Source: Octopus bimaculoides (lineage: Eukaryota). From it: DNA of 64,000 bases. A program made the translations under genes and the position numbers. Shown here one piece after another: positions 35,796 to 49,649 of this stretch (positions within the stretch are counted from its first letter, which is position 1; each line of letters opens with the position of its first letter). The stretch lies in assembly GCF_001194135.2 (NCBI RefSeq), contig NC_068989.1, positions 50,915,440 to 50,979,439 of the forward strand. The letters run 5' to 3'. Below the pieces are notes generated by a model, which was not told the DNA's origin, did no database searches, and saw nothing but the letters and a program-made list of their open reading frames with translations.

Positions 35796-36849
35796 GTATG
35801 TATATAGGGAGAAGTCACATAAAACAAAAGTCGAAGACAGGTGGTGTAGAAAACAAACATATGTATCAGTATAACACTCGGGAATTGAAAAAGTCTGTAA
35901 CGTTTCCAGCCTACGCTCTTCCACATAAGGGAACACAAAAAGAAACAAGAAGAGAAAGAAGCAAAGAAAAAATGTGTATAGTGGTTAGCGATCTATCATG
36001 ACGAATGCCGGACAGAAGAGCCACACAGGAGAGCTAAAAAGAAAGGGGAGATAACAAAGTATTAGTGATCCCAAAACGAAGGTGCACGTGTGTAAGAGAG
36101 TACGTATGTGCCTGTGAAAGAGGGCTGGTGATCTTGACGTGTGCGTGTATGTGTAGGTGTGAAAATGTGGGATGGGAATTGGTCAGTGCTGGTGTGTGCG
36201 TAGTGGTGTGTTGTGATGTGATGTATTGTGGGGTATGGTGTAGGGTGGTGCGGTGTGATGGTGTTGGGAGGTGGGGGACGTGAGAGTGGTGAAAGCACGA
36301 GTGGGGTGTGATTTAGGCTGAGGGTGGGGGTATAGTTGGGGGTATGTGGGTATATATATATGTGTGTGTCTTTGTGTGTGTATTTGCATACCCATGCGTT
36401 TCATTCTGTATAATATATACGTATATATGAGTAAATATATATTTACGCAAATGTATACATGCGCATATATGTGCAAAGATACGAATGTGTATATATATNN
36501 NNNNNNNNNNNNNNNNNNNNNNNNNNNNNNNNNNNNNNNNNNNNNNNNNNNNNNNNNNNNNNNNNNNNNNNNNNNNNNNNNNNNNNNNNNNNNNNNNNNN
36601 NNNNNNNNNNNNNNNNNNNNNNNNNNNNNNNNNNNNNNNNNNNNNNNNNNNNNNNNNNNNNNNNNNNNNNNNNNNNNNNNNNNNNNNNNNNNNNNNNNNN
36701 NNNNNNNNNNNNNNNNNNNNNNNNNNNNNNNNNNNNNNNNNNNNNNNNNNNNNNNNNNNNNNNNNNNNNNNNNNNNNNNNNNNNNNNNNNNNNNNNNNNN
36801 NNNNNNNNNNNNNNNNNNNNNNNNNGTGTGTGTGCGTGTGTGTGTATGA

Positions 36850-36887
<38 letters not shown>

Positions 36888-38820
36888 CTGTATATCTGTG
36901 TATGTTTTTGCGTATATGTGTATGCGTTTGTGCATTTGTGGATACTATACAACATTAATGCATAAACCTACTGAAGGAGATATATAAACGTTCTGTCATA
37001 AATTGTTCCACAATCTTGCAGTAAACGATAATCATACCATTTCTACGCACACGTTGGGTGCAGGCATGTGTGTTGTTATGTACACACTTGATTTTCCCTT
37101 TGCTCCAGGTTTGTTTATTCTCGTCTCACATCCACTAGCGCGCTTTCTAAATTTAGTGGACAGAAAATACGCGGAAGCCTACTGGGTCGGTGTATTTTCT
37201 TCCTGTATATTGAATTTAATCCAAAACCTAATATCCAAATGTCACCTGATTGCTATGCTTAAATCGAATTTTATATATTTGCAATCATTTGCTCATCTAT
37301 TAAAAAATTACACGTTTCTTTGTTTTTTTTCTTTTTTTGACCAGCTGTAGAAATTACTTTTAAGTCGTGCTCACTACCTTTTCTATTTTTAACTGAGGAT
37401 TACCCGCGTCTACTATAGATCATGTTTTAAAATATTTGAATGTAGATATTTGGGAGTCCAATAAAGACGTTTGCTTCGCCGACAGGTGGCCGACCTCAGC
37501 CACATAGTATTTTGGGCAAACCTGATATGATATGGATTGGAGCGTCAGACCAGATTATCGGTGATAAAAGATCTCGTAGCTTAAGCGTTTGAAAACCCAT
37601 CCGATGGACAAGATTATCTTATTGGAAGAGTGGGTGATTTAGACCCTTTGCATTGTGACAGCCCTAGATCGTATTTGTCTTGGTTTGTTTTATTAGATTT
37701 CATATATATGCAAATTACTCAGCTTCCTTCACTGGCGATGCAATGAAAAGTTAATAGTTACAGTACGAAGCAGTGGCTACTGTCTGAGCATAAATTTTTA
37801 ATAGCATCATAAATGTATCATTAGGAATTTGGCCGAAGTATATTACCCTTTAACAACAGTTTAGTACAGATAACAGTAAACCACATTTTGATGCAACAGT
37901 AGTTAATGTTATTGAACATGCATTTCTAATCATTCAGTACTCTAACTCCTATGTTAAACGATTCGAAGATTACATGTAGCTGGTCTATATGATGATTATT
38001 CATCTACTATACTAAACACAAGCACATTTTTTTTCAATAAATATCACACTTGTATATCGATTATTTACATAAGTTTCAGACACATTGGGGGATGAGAAAT
38101 CGTCAATGCTAGTATACAATAAAATAGTGGTATATTAAAATACTTAAAACGTTTCGTAAACTACGTTTGTATGACATATTTACATTTCATTAACTTGTGA
38201 AATCAGACGTTGAATATTATTACAATGGGAGCCAACTTTTGACAATATTTGAAAGATTGAGGCATTTCCTGGTAACTCATTACCAAAGTAATTCAGTCAT
38301 TAAATATGTGTCATAGGCGATAGAGTTTGCAATGAATGGCGCACAGTGAAAGTAGTACAAAATTGCTTGGGAAAACTAAGTAAAAAATCATTACGTCTCA
38401 TGGCAAGGTCTCGTTATGCATTAGTCAAGTTCATGCATTTTCTTCATGAATACTACTACGGAGTTATCTGGAAAAACCTCTCCTTAAAAGACAAAGATTA
38501 TTGGAGTCGGCTGAATTAATAATGTGGGAAATATTTTCTATGCATTCCATCTGCAGGAATGTTTTTTTACAACGAGTCATCTTAGGGAGAAGATTGATTC
38601 GGTGATGTCTTCCGAATGCATATTAATATTACACAAATATTACGAGACATTTACATACATTTATACATACATACACACATACATTTATTCGAACACATGC
38701 GCTCGCATATATTTACATATTTTCATTTGTGGGTCTGTATGTCTGTATGTCTGTCTCTCTCTGTATGTATGTCTGTTTGTCTCACAAACAATAAGTCATT
38801 CAATCAATGAGTCAATCAGA

Positions 38821-38882
<62 letters not shown>

Positions 38883-39254
38883 GTCTATCAGTCTATCTTT
38901 CGGTCCATCTAATTGTCTACCCATCTATCCTTTTCTGTATATATCATATATATTTGCGCATACATACATACATACATACATAGCAACACCCACATTTCTA
39001 GAACTTGTCCACAAGCTCTGGATGAAATCTATATAAGAATATACTGTATTTAAATGCACGTGCAATTTAGAAGTAGCCCACACTTCGCAGAACGACATAT
39101 TCACCGATAATAATAATAAATTTGTGCGACATATTGGGGTTATACACCATTTGTATAATTATGACCGTTGCCCTTGTGGTATCATTGATTTCTTATCAAC
39201 TTCCTCGTGATGGATATCACCGTTGTCAGGCTCCGTCTCTTCGTCTTTCTTCTC

Positions 39255-39315
<61 letters not shown>

Positions 39316-39429
39316 ACAACAACAACAATCCACCCCTCCCTCCTCTTCCATGTAATTTTAAGTACTTGGTAGAAATAAACCCCTTGTCCAACGGTCAATT
39401 TTCATAAAAGCATGGTTCTTTATTTATTC

Positions 39430-39640
39430 TGGAGACAAGATTGGATTTCCAAACCTGGAACACTTTGATCATTGGCATACTTGAAGAGAACGGAAGATTA
39501 ATAACAACAACTTGTGGTAAACTGGCGGAATGCATCGCGGTATTCGTTTGTCTGTACCGGAATTTCGGATTCTGCTGCAGTGAACTTTCAGTCTTTCGAC
39601 ACCAAGGAAACAGTAACGATGAAAAGTAGCGTACTGATGG
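39430..39640 (+). mobile_element. Possible highly decayed mariner fragment
   Basis: ILEENGRLITTTCGKLAE (second HTH-like) and SNDEK* (resembling TGDEKW with TGG>TAG); short and deleted. Confidence 0.35.
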
Positions 39641-39689
39641 TGCCAAAAGAACTTTGAACATCACTTCTGATGATATTTGCTCTAGCTCT

Positions 39690-40680
39690 TTTCGTTCTAA
39701 TCCATAACTCTCACACTGACTATGATATTCTCATGGAATGTGATCAAATGAATTTTATTTTTAAACATATTTCATCTTGGGATCCACACACTTCTTTCGT
39801 CAGTGTCTGGATCCCATCGGTGAAAAAGCTTTAGATATCCTTTACGAGAGCTGAATGGCTTGGCGGTTCATTCAGTTTAACATCAGGGTCTGGTACACTA
39901 ATTGACTTGAGCCCAGTCTAATCTGTTACAAACGTTTTAGCAAGGGTTCTGATTTTGTGATATACTTCTTGTACATGGTACTCTCCATTGATAGTGAGAC
40001 CCTTTTGAAAATAGTAAATAAACACATTGCCTTTTTCATCCCGCAAAACGGAGAACTCGACCTTCATTGAGGAGGAATGTTTCCTATGGTCTCCTGGTCT
40101 GTTGCTCAACGGGATGAGCCTGGTACTCACACTGAGGGTTAGAAAACGTTCAAAGAAACCAACTTGTGCTTCTGCAAACAATGTAAGATTTTCCAGTGAT
40201 GTGATCAACCTGGTGCGCTCTGATGTCGAAATATTTTCCAGTCATGTGATCAGCTTGGTGCACTTTTGGTCAGATGTCACATGATGTGGCACACACCGTG
40301 TAGAGGAAGCCTTCGTCAAGCCAAGTTTATTATGGAGAATGTTCATAACACTCTTACGGGATATACTAATAGCATTGGCTATTCTATCTATAGAACAGTG
40401 GTTGTCATCCATCTCCCTGTGGTGAACACGATCAATGTTTACCTCGCTGGTGGCAGTAAAAGGATGTCCAGAAGTTCGATCATCTTCCAGACACTCTTCC
40501 CCCACCTAAATGCAGCTGTCCAATTTTGCATTATTGAGAAAGCCGTGGAGCGTCATTCATTAATGTAGCATCAATGTCCATGTGGGCTAAACCCTTTTTC
40601 TGCACGGTGTTTGATAACAACACGATGAGATTTTTTTTCTAGTTTTAAGAAATGTCGCTATTAGTTACTTTTTAAGTAAT
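39690..40680 (-). mobile_element. Mariner element, decayed with internal deletions
   Basis: SHRVVIK..EKGLA, ECLEDDRTSGHPFTATSEVNIDRVH..IANAISISR..NKLGLTK..RCVPH, YFQKGLTINGEY; C-terminal KCVDPKMKYV*. Confidence 0.85.
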
Positions 40681-42769
40681 ATCAGTTTACCAGATAAAAG
40701 AAAAATAACAATGCTGTTGTTTTATGAGAAGAGTTGAAATTACTGCAAGCAAGATTTCACAGGTCAAGCATTACTCCTTATTGTCAGCCTTTGAACTTTT
40801 GACCCTCATGCTTCTTTGCTTTGTAAATATGTAGAAATGATGCTTGTGTTTCAAGACGTAATCCACATTTCTGAAATACGAGATGTTTGTAACATCCAAC
40901 TTGTATTAATAACGCCTCCTTTCTCCATTAAGTAGAAATAGATTATTATTGTTATTATTTTCATTACTTCAGAGATGAAAGAAAATAATATAGTTCAGAG
41001 TAGAAATTCACTACTCGACTATCCCCAAATATCAAAATTTACATATCTATTCAAATAAAGATAGCTCCGTAAAATAAAAGCAAGCAAAATCTTAAAGCGT
41101 TAAAATCAAATATAAACAAATAGAAATACATTTTCCCTTAAGTGTTTCTTTTTCCTTTGTTTTTTTTTTGTTTGTTTTTTTTTGTTTTTGTTTTTGATTA
41201 GATATTTGTTAAGAAACAAATGTCAGCGTTGTCAGAATTTTCACCACTGCAAATTACACAGGTCTGCATAAGAAAGAGCTAATTACCAAAGGTTGAATGC
41301 CAAAATTCAAATATTGATTTAATTTTGATTTTTCAACATAAACATTGCAGAGTTTCGATCTCACTTTAAATATTAATAGAAATGAATATAAAATGAATTT
41401 TAGCAGCCATATTGAGAAAAATGTGTTACATGGACATTTTATTTTATTAAAATTTAAAATCAGATTTAGAATATTTCGAGGGCATGTCTGCAAGAATGGT
41501 TAATTAATCTCTCTACAAGCGCATTGTATTTATTCTGAGCACCATGGCTAGGAGACATGAACATTTTGTTGACCAAGTAACATTTAGACGTGGATTTCTT
41601 ATAAAATTAAATCAAGACAGTATTATAAAAATTCAAGAAATGAATTGCTAAGAATGTGAAACAAGAGAGAAAAGGAATAATAAAAAATATATATAATTAA
41701 ACAAAACAAAACGAAAGGATAACTATAATGGCTATCAAATAAAACATACAAATAATAAAATATATTTTTAAAAAGCAGCCAATGCTTAACAATGTTATTG
41801 TTAGCTACGGTTTTTCTGAATGATAAGAGAACTTAAAAATAAATACCGAGTATAGTAAACACTTCACATTCAGCTTCCGTTCTTTTCCTCATAAGGATTC
41901 CTGGCGGTTATGCTGCTAAGAAAGGAACTGTATGTTGTTACTTCCGTGTCTTCTTTGAGGAAATTAGTGATATATTCATTCTTGACATGCAAACGGAAAT
42001 ATGTTCTTTTTAATGGAGCAAATTTCTACATCCATTTGTTTTAAGGTACAACATTATGGGAGGGAAGACAAACATATTCTCTTGAATGTGGATTGACTTC
42101 TTCGAAATAACAGGTCGAAACTTCCTCGTCTCGTTGCTTGCTAACATAGTGATAACCACCTATTTTACTCTTTTGATATACATCGTTTGAACGTATCTGC
42201 CAAAGCTGAAACAACGAAATTGATGTTAGCCACGGCGTACCCGATTAGACATTCAATAAATAAATGAATAAATATAATACAGTAAATTAAAATCATCTCC
42301 ATTGGCATAAAAACACGCCCATATATCATAAACCTGTTGTTCGCATAACTAGTAGTTTAGCATAGTATCAGCTAGGTCATTGAATGTATGTGACACTTCA
42401 AACATGAGACAGAGGTATAAAATAGACTCGAGTTTTGACAGTAACGCGGAAAAAAACATTTTGTTGATATTTCCAGCAGAACGAATGCCTACGTAGGCCC
42501 TTGATCCTTAATGCTGGTTTCCCTCTTGATTTCTATTTTTTTTCTATCGAGAACCATCGATAATGAAACTCGTTGTCCTGTGATATTAATAATCAAATAT
42601 ATATGTATATATTGTTATCTAGTATAGTATAACTCTGACTACGAAGCAATCATATCTTCCTTCATTCAGTAAATGGGTAAGGTGTGATGCGGGTACCATT
42701 GTTGATATTTCATGCGTATCGAGTAACTATTTAGATGTTGCTTGGTCGCAGTAACATGACAATCACGAC

Positions 42770-43205
42770 GCCGAAGACGATCAGGGCGACGTGGACGACG
42801 ACGACACGACGACGACGACGATGAAGCAATGACACAACAAGGACGACGACGACGAGGACGAGGATACGACAACGGCGACGACGAGGATGACGTTGATAAT
42901 CCTCATGATGGAACACCATAATCTTCTTCAAATTTATGGTTATAATCATCTTGCTCCTGATCACTATTATGACCATCCCGATGAATATCATGATCACGAT
43001 CATGGTCATCATCATAATCATTGGCAGCAGCTCGGCTAAATAATGACACAGCTACGACCCCCACACATACCAACACCACTAGCACCACCACCAGCAAAAC
43101 CACCACCACCACCACCACCACTACCACCACCACCACTACCACCACCACCACTTCCAACAGTACCATCACCACCATATTCATTATGCATCATCACCATCAT
43201 CATCG

Positions 43206-43263
<58 letters not shown>

Positions 43264-43460
43264 TGCAGCAACATACCAAGATCGTTTTGAATACCGTCGA
43301 AATAATGATTAGTATTACAACGTCGACGTATGATATAATTTTGGCGAATATAATAACACAGGCTATCTCAAAATCGCCTATGTTACCAATGAAGTCTATA
43401 GTGGCCATCATAGTGATGATTTAGATGATGACGGTGACGAGGAGGATAATGATGATGGCG
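42770..43460. repeat. Degenerate (GAC)n-(CAC)n-(CAT)n-(GAT)n trinucleotide region
   Basis: Direct read; the repeat unit changes sequentially along the tract. Confidence 0.9.
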
Positions 43461-44001
43461 AGGGGGAACCTGGAGAAGAAAGAAGTGGGAAAGAAAGAGA
43501 TCGTGATTGCTTTTGTGATTCCAATGACATTGCAGCGGCTGATGTCCTTGACGGCGTTACAGTTACTTTTCTTGTTGATGTTTATTATAATATTAAAGTA
43601 TTGAAGAAAGTGGCGGTAAGGAGTATGAAATTAATGCTGAAGATAATGATAGGGTCTGTTTCGAAGTGAAGTTGATATTCATGAGAGTAGAGGTGGAAAT
43701 GTTTGCTGTGACGGCGTTGAAGTTGCTGATACTAAATTTAATTCTGGTGATGATGGTGATAATGACGATGATGCCAAATGTTTGTACTGGATTTAATATT
43801 AGAAATTCTTGTTTACAAATCGTTAAGAAACGCCATATAGTTTTTTAGAGACAGAGAACTATTGACTTGTATTGGAGTTAGCAGAGGCGCAAGGAAGGAA
43901 ACAGACAATTCTTCAAAGCGAATGGCAGTGATTCCTGTCGCAGCGTTGTGAAACGAATCTCGATAGAGACTGCTTGGAAAAGGGACTATAGCAGAAAGCG
44001 T

Positions 44002-44024
44002 TATTATTATTATTATCATCATCA

Positions 44025-44084
<60 letters not shown>

Positions 44085-44351
44085 GACTACGACCTGGCAG
44101 AATCGTTAGCACACTGGACGAAATGCTTAGCAGTATTTCGCCCTTCGCTACGTTGCGAGTTCGAATTCCGCCCAGGTCGAATATGCATTTCATCCTTTCG
44201 GTGTCGATTAAATAAGTACCAGCAGCGCAATGGTTTCGATGTAATCGACTTAATCCCTTCCCCCTAATTTGAGGCTTTGTGCTTCCAGTAGAAGCGATTA
44301 TGATTATTATTATTATTGTTGTTGTTGTTGTTATTATTATTATTATCATTA

Positions 44352-44385
<34 letters not shown>

Positions 44386-44387
44386 CA

Positions 44388-44439
<52 letters not shown>

Positions 44440-44447
44440 CATCATCA

Positions 44448-44514
<67 letters not shown>

Positions 44515-44545
44515 CATTGTTGTTGTTGTTGTTGTTGTTGCTGTT
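44002..44545. repeat. (TAT)n/(CAT)n/(TGT)n arrays flanking the SINE at 44091
   Basis: Direct read. Confidence 0.95.
44091..44300 (+). mobile_element. Full-length family A tRNA-derived SINE between TAT arrays
   Basis: GACCTGGCAGAATCGTTAG (A-box), GAGTTCGAATTCC (B-box), conserved body, end CCAGTAGAAGCGATTAT running into (TAT)n. Confidence 0.92.
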
Positions 44546-44860
44546 GTTCAGTAGTTTTATTTCTATAACGTGCTTTCCACTATTACTATTATTGCAAGAC
44601 ATCGATCCTGCATTGGATTTCCAGTTTCCCTTTAAGCCGAACGCTCCGATCACCACTGCTATCACTTTTTAATTACCCTCTCGCATTACATACAGCCTTG
44701 CCATTTCTACTTCTAATTCGGAGTACTTCAACCTCTCTACTCACATCATTCATGTCATTTAGTATGGCTACATCAATGATCTGTCAGTAATTGTCTCCCT
44801 TATTCAATATGATAATATTCGGCCAACGGTGATCGATTTACACGATCCGTCTGAAAAAAA
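44546..44860 (-). mobile_element. R4/Dong-like composite: 31-bp 3' stub of the 6199 subfamily plus an RLE-domain fragment
   Basis: 44546-44576 GTTCAGTAGTTTTATTTCTATAACGTGCTTT matches 6198-6228 at 30/31 positions. 44595-44860 minus: QTDRV/IDHRWPNIIILNK..QIIDVAI..LKYSELEVEMARL..KVIAVVIGAFG. Confidence 0.8.
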
Positions 44861-45381
44861 AATATTTAGAAATTCAAAAATTCAACGTTGAGAACATCAG
44901 TATAGATATAATTGTTTTTCTATCAGTAATTAAAAATAGAGCAAGGTGAACTGGTTCTTTTCAAGACCAATATCAGCGCTCTCATTGATTGCTAGTAGTA
45001 ATAAACACATTTGACCTCTGCTGAACCCAAGGGTGTGTGGCCTCTTTTGTCTCCTTATCGGACAGGAAAGCCTGCTGCTGATCTCCTTACCATCTACTGA
45101 ATGTATTTACAGGCCTATATAATTTGGTCTATTCACCAAGCTGCTTCGCTTTCTCCTACTCTGAAGACGGTTAGAAAACCAGTGTTTGTGGGAGTACTTG
45201 AAATGAACAGCAAAGGAACTAAAAATTATTTGAGAATGACCCCTGCAGGGAGCTCAAAATATAGTATTAAGTGTTAACTGCAAACGTAAACAGACTTTAA
45301 AGTAAAATAAAGAATGGTGGCAAAGGACTGTTTAGTATTGACTGTTGTATAAGGAGTGAAAGGAGAACGCTTGTCGAGTAT

Positions 45382-45385
<4 letters not shown>

Positions 45386-45444
<59 letters not shown>
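45386..45444. repeat. (TAG)n microsatellite
   Basis: Direct read. Confidence 0.95.
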
Positions 45445-45559
45445 CTGATAGATGCTTCCTTTTGATATTAACAACAGTCCGTAAGAAGTCACTGTAAATG
45501 ACATATAGGCAAATCCTGACGGTACTTACACCTTCATGTTTTGCATCGTTCTCAATATC

Positions 45560-46560
45560 TCATGAACAAAATTTCAACCGGCCAAACAAAGCGTGCATAG
45601 CAGTCATTAAACTGGCTCTCATGTTATGAGAAGGAATGCAATTGAGAATGTAGCTGGCATTCTCACTGAATTTTCCGCGAGGGAGCCACCTTGTTGGAGC
45701 AATGACCCTACTCTGCAGAGTATAGCAGCAGTGTTTTAGCAAACGCGAAGTCTTTACGTTTTGATTTTATATTTTCTTCAGCCCAGGATTCTTTGCCTAC
45801 TATATCATTTTTCAGGGGAGCATTTTAGATTCTTAATCACCAGAAGTATTGTTTTCAATCAGGAATTTTCAGTGCCATTCAGTACTCAGTTTAGTCGGTC
45901 TGCAGTCATTGTACGCCATTGAATAAAACTTTTCCTGTTCATTGGACTTTACTACAGAGGTCTTTCTGTCCGGAACAAGCTTCTACGATATGCCCTGGAT
46001 TATAGACATGAAATTTTAAAGTGTCAAGTCGATGTTAGGTGTCCAGAGACATTGAATGAGAATCTCTTTTGAAGATCTGTTTTTCAATCAATTTCCAGTC
46101 TGCCTTATGGAAGTTCAATTTCGATAGATTTGGGGTATTACACATAGCGTGTTGACTGCAGATTCATTTGGTCCATAATTAATCAACACTATGATATTGT
46201 TATCTGAGACTAGCGTCGGTGTCACTATCACATTATAGATAAAATCCACATTGATCGTGAAGCAGAGAGCAAGTATATTGTTTCTTCTGGTTAGTTGGAC
46301 TGCCAATGTGGTCCAACTAGCTCAATGTATAACGTGTTCGTGATGATGAGGAAGGGTTTCCACCTCTCTGTTTCGCATCACGTCATTCTTAAAAAGGAAA
46401 AATTCTTCAGGCCGTCCTACTTTACGCAAACTGGAGTCTCCTATGAGAAATACACTGATGTGTTGTTCTTATCTGGTTAGGACTTTTATTTTTGCAAGGT
46501 AGTCTTAAAATCTCCCCGTGGGATTTGGAGCATCTGGTGGATTGTAAATCGTACATATAA
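45560..46560 (-). mobile_element. Decayed CR1/L2-like LINE ORF2 N-terminal part (APE endonuclease C-terminus and linker)
   Basis: QLTRRNNILALCFTINVDFIYNVIVTPTLVSDNNII (TRxxNILDL..SDH motif), LNFHKADWKLIE, and downstream IKSKRKDFAFAK (resembling KxNPKxFFxY). Confidence 0.7.
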
Positions 46561-46857
46561 CTATGTAGTGTTGACTTATACGTACAATTAAAGCTGTACA
46601 CACTACTTTTCAGTATGACTAAAGGATATGTGGCGTGAGGTTTTCACAGTGCACATGGCAACTACACCCTGAGTCATGTCTTTTCTCTCGGTTCGCGATA
46701 TAACATAAACGAGTAATTTTATTCTATATCTGCGATATCAGTTTTTAATTTATATTTCGGTGAGTACTATGCATAAAGCTTGACTACATGCGATATGAAT
46801 TTTGGTTTTGTTGCTGAGTTGCAACTTTCCTCCAATATTTAGTGAGAGTATCGATGT

Positions 46858-46935
46858 GACCTACCTACCTACCTACCTACCTACCTACCTACCTACCTAC
46901 CTACCTACATACATACATACATACAAAGATACATA
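46858..46935. repeat. (CCTA)n-(CATA)n compound microsatellite
   Basis: Direct read. Confidence 0.95.
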
Positions 46936-48004
46936 CATATATACATACATACATACAATCTAAAATATATAGCTTTTTCACAAGGATACGATGCGTCTCC
47001 ATATCCAGAGAATCTGATGCGACGTTTCTTTACACTAAAGTATTGGTATATGAAATCAGTGCAAATATACGGAAATACAGATTTGCTTTGATAAAAGGAC
47101 CTAAGTCTTGTAACACTGAACCCTACTAGCCGATTTTAACAAAAGCTCTAAATGAAACTCAGTATCTCATACCAATAATCTTGTACTTTATAACGTTGAA
47201 AATATGAAAAAGAGAACAGATGACCTAATTGTAGCAAACACCTTAAGGGTACAGATCACAATGAAATTAACTTGATCTGATTTCATTTACTTTCTGTTTA
47301 TCAGCACATGAGTAATGTGTTTTACGTACGAAATTTGAGATGACAAGAATCTCTGTATGAGGCGGTATGTAAGTAGCTTCATATCTTATGCGGATTCTTT
47401 TATAACTATCGCATTTAGTGGCATAGTTAAATTTCTAGAATGCGTTGTGTAGGCTCCAGCTCTTCTCTGCTAGATATAGTGAAAAGTATGAAAAACAAAA
47501 TAACATAAAAAAACGGAAATATAACTGAATGATATCAACGATAATTCACATAGCGAAAATGGAAGATAATGCATGAATTTTAAGCAAAGGAAGAAAGACA
47601 GATAGAAATAAAATGAAAAATAATGGAAACAAGGAAGAACAATTTATATAATAAATATGTGGATAAATTGAAATGAACGGATCTGAACGAAAATAAATAA
47701 ATCGTATAATGAAATACTGGAAAATTGTAGAAAATGGAATGAGTTGTGAGAAACATTAATTAAGCCCGAACAAATACAAAAGAGACAAAAAAAAATTAAG
47801 AAATACTAGTATTAGTATTAATATTACTAGTAATAATAATTAGTATTATCATACTAATATTATTAATAATAATCATAATACTAACATAGCATAACAGAAC
47901 AGCAAAAATAAATAGATACAAGTTCCATTTATAATGGAATGATAGTTTGGTTAAAAAAGGTTTAATCATGCAGTGTCCAACTGTATGAACTTCGGTAATT
48001 CACT

Positions 48005-48910
48005 TCAAGCCATATTATTACAAGTTCCACAAGTCATTTCAAATTATCAAGAAAACATAAAGACATTTTGTAATATGATTTCGTGAGGATTTCGATTAAA
48101 CAAATTTTAAATAAGGAAAAAATAACAAAAAGGAACAAGGTAGCCAAACGAACGAAAGTAACTTCCTTGTAGCAATTTTAATATATCATTTTACTTGTTT
48201 TTGAGAATGCAGAATTACAGAGGGTAATTTGATATGTCACCTTAATATAGAATTGCTGTTTTAAGGGAACACTTTGCAGAACCCTCACATACAAGAAAAG
48301 ATGTTATATTTAGATTGAACTTGCAGAAATTTAATTACTGGCTGCCAAAATTTAGTTTCATTTCGAAAACTGTCGCTGCAGGTGAATTTTCTAATTAAAA
48401 GAAAACATTAAGAGTCAAAAACGCCGAACTCTTATTTAATATCACCTGTATGCTGTTAGTATTCTTGTGCCATGTCATACCCTACAGCATTTCTAAAGCA
48501 CTGTACGAGATGGGTTTAGTGTGAAATCAAGTAAAGTATCAATTTTTAACAGCCTGTTTCCATGGAAACGTAAAATAAGTAATTCATGTGCAAAGACGTG
48601 TACCTGTTTCGAGTTTGAAACTTTGATATTTACGTATCATTGGATCGGCCCAGTAGCTTTAACTTGACATTCTTCTTATGAACAGAATATTAAAATATGA
48701 AGTAAGAGAATATAATTTAGATATATTCTCAGAATTGCACATAAAGACGTTGGATCGGGACTAACAACAGCATTACATACAAACAACTAAACACGTTAAT
48801 TATAAATACAAAGCGCTGTTTCATAATATTACAGATTCTCAAGCCATATTATTACCAGTTCCACAAGTCATTTCAAATTATCAAGAAAGCATAAAGACAT
48901 TTTGTAATAT
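48005..48910 (+). repeat. 72-bp direct repeat pair (48005-48076 and 48839-48910), 2 mismatches
   Basis: TCAAGCCATATTATTAC(A/C)AGTTCCACAAGTCATTTCAAATTATCAAGAAA(A/G)CATAAAGACATTTTGTAATAT occurs twice, 834 bp apart. Confidence 0.9.
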
Positions 48911-49649
48911 TTCTCTTATGCATAACATTTTGATCGGTCTGTTTTACCGACATAAGTTTGACTATTGTTATGTTACGTTGGCAATAAAATCTAAAATACC
49001 GTAAATGACAGTAACGAGTGAATGAAGGCAGATTTTACATGGCCTATTAATGTTATAATGCAATAGAAACACCAGAAATGTCTCTCGAATTATACATTGA
49101 CCAACTCAGAAAGTACGAAATAAATGTACATATTTCTAGTAATTATATATCTGATCTCATATGAATAGAGGTCAAGCCGTCCTGAAAGGCGTCCGATATA
49201 GAACACTGGAACGACAATGTATGAACATGCAAACACCAACTAACTGCAAAACCAAACTTGTGAACACTATATTTTTCTGATGTCATCTTTAATAATTCCG
49301 AGATGAGGCAAACATCTATATATATATCATTACAAATATTGAATATATACCTGAGTAAATTTTGAAATCATTAACTTGTATATGTTTATATAAAACCTCA
49401 ATTCGAAACATATATTGATACACACACAAACACACACACACACACACACAAACATACACACACATGCGAATGTTTACATCTACAGAGGGAGCAGAAATAC
49501 ACAGACACATAAAATGTCAACGTCCTAATATATTTCCAGGAATAATATAGTCATGTAAATATATTTTAAGTCCTTTCATGCTACCCACTCCTAGTTCTTA
49601 GGGATTTTCCTTGTTAAGAATTTCACAGTCTACATACACTTAAGCATTT

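Noticed and set aside
36230-36350. G-run cluster with G-quadruplex potential
   Set aside because: Embedded in degenerate GT-rich repeat with long irregular loops; no evidence of function.
36990-37400. Possible ancient mariner remnant (VHNNTHACT resembling LHDNARPHT)
   Set aside because: Only one weak motif; no TIR or other conserved blocks.
45162-45200. CTGAAGA followed by a GGTT/AACC hairpin
   Set aside because: No GAAA core after the stem and no stem I; other isolated CTGANGA hits (e.g. 5042, 23403, 28406, 63714) fail likewise.
48005-48910. CRISPR-like or LTR interpretation of the direct repeats
   Set aside because: Only two units, eukaryotic context, no spacers or cas genes; no TG..CA, PBS or PPT.
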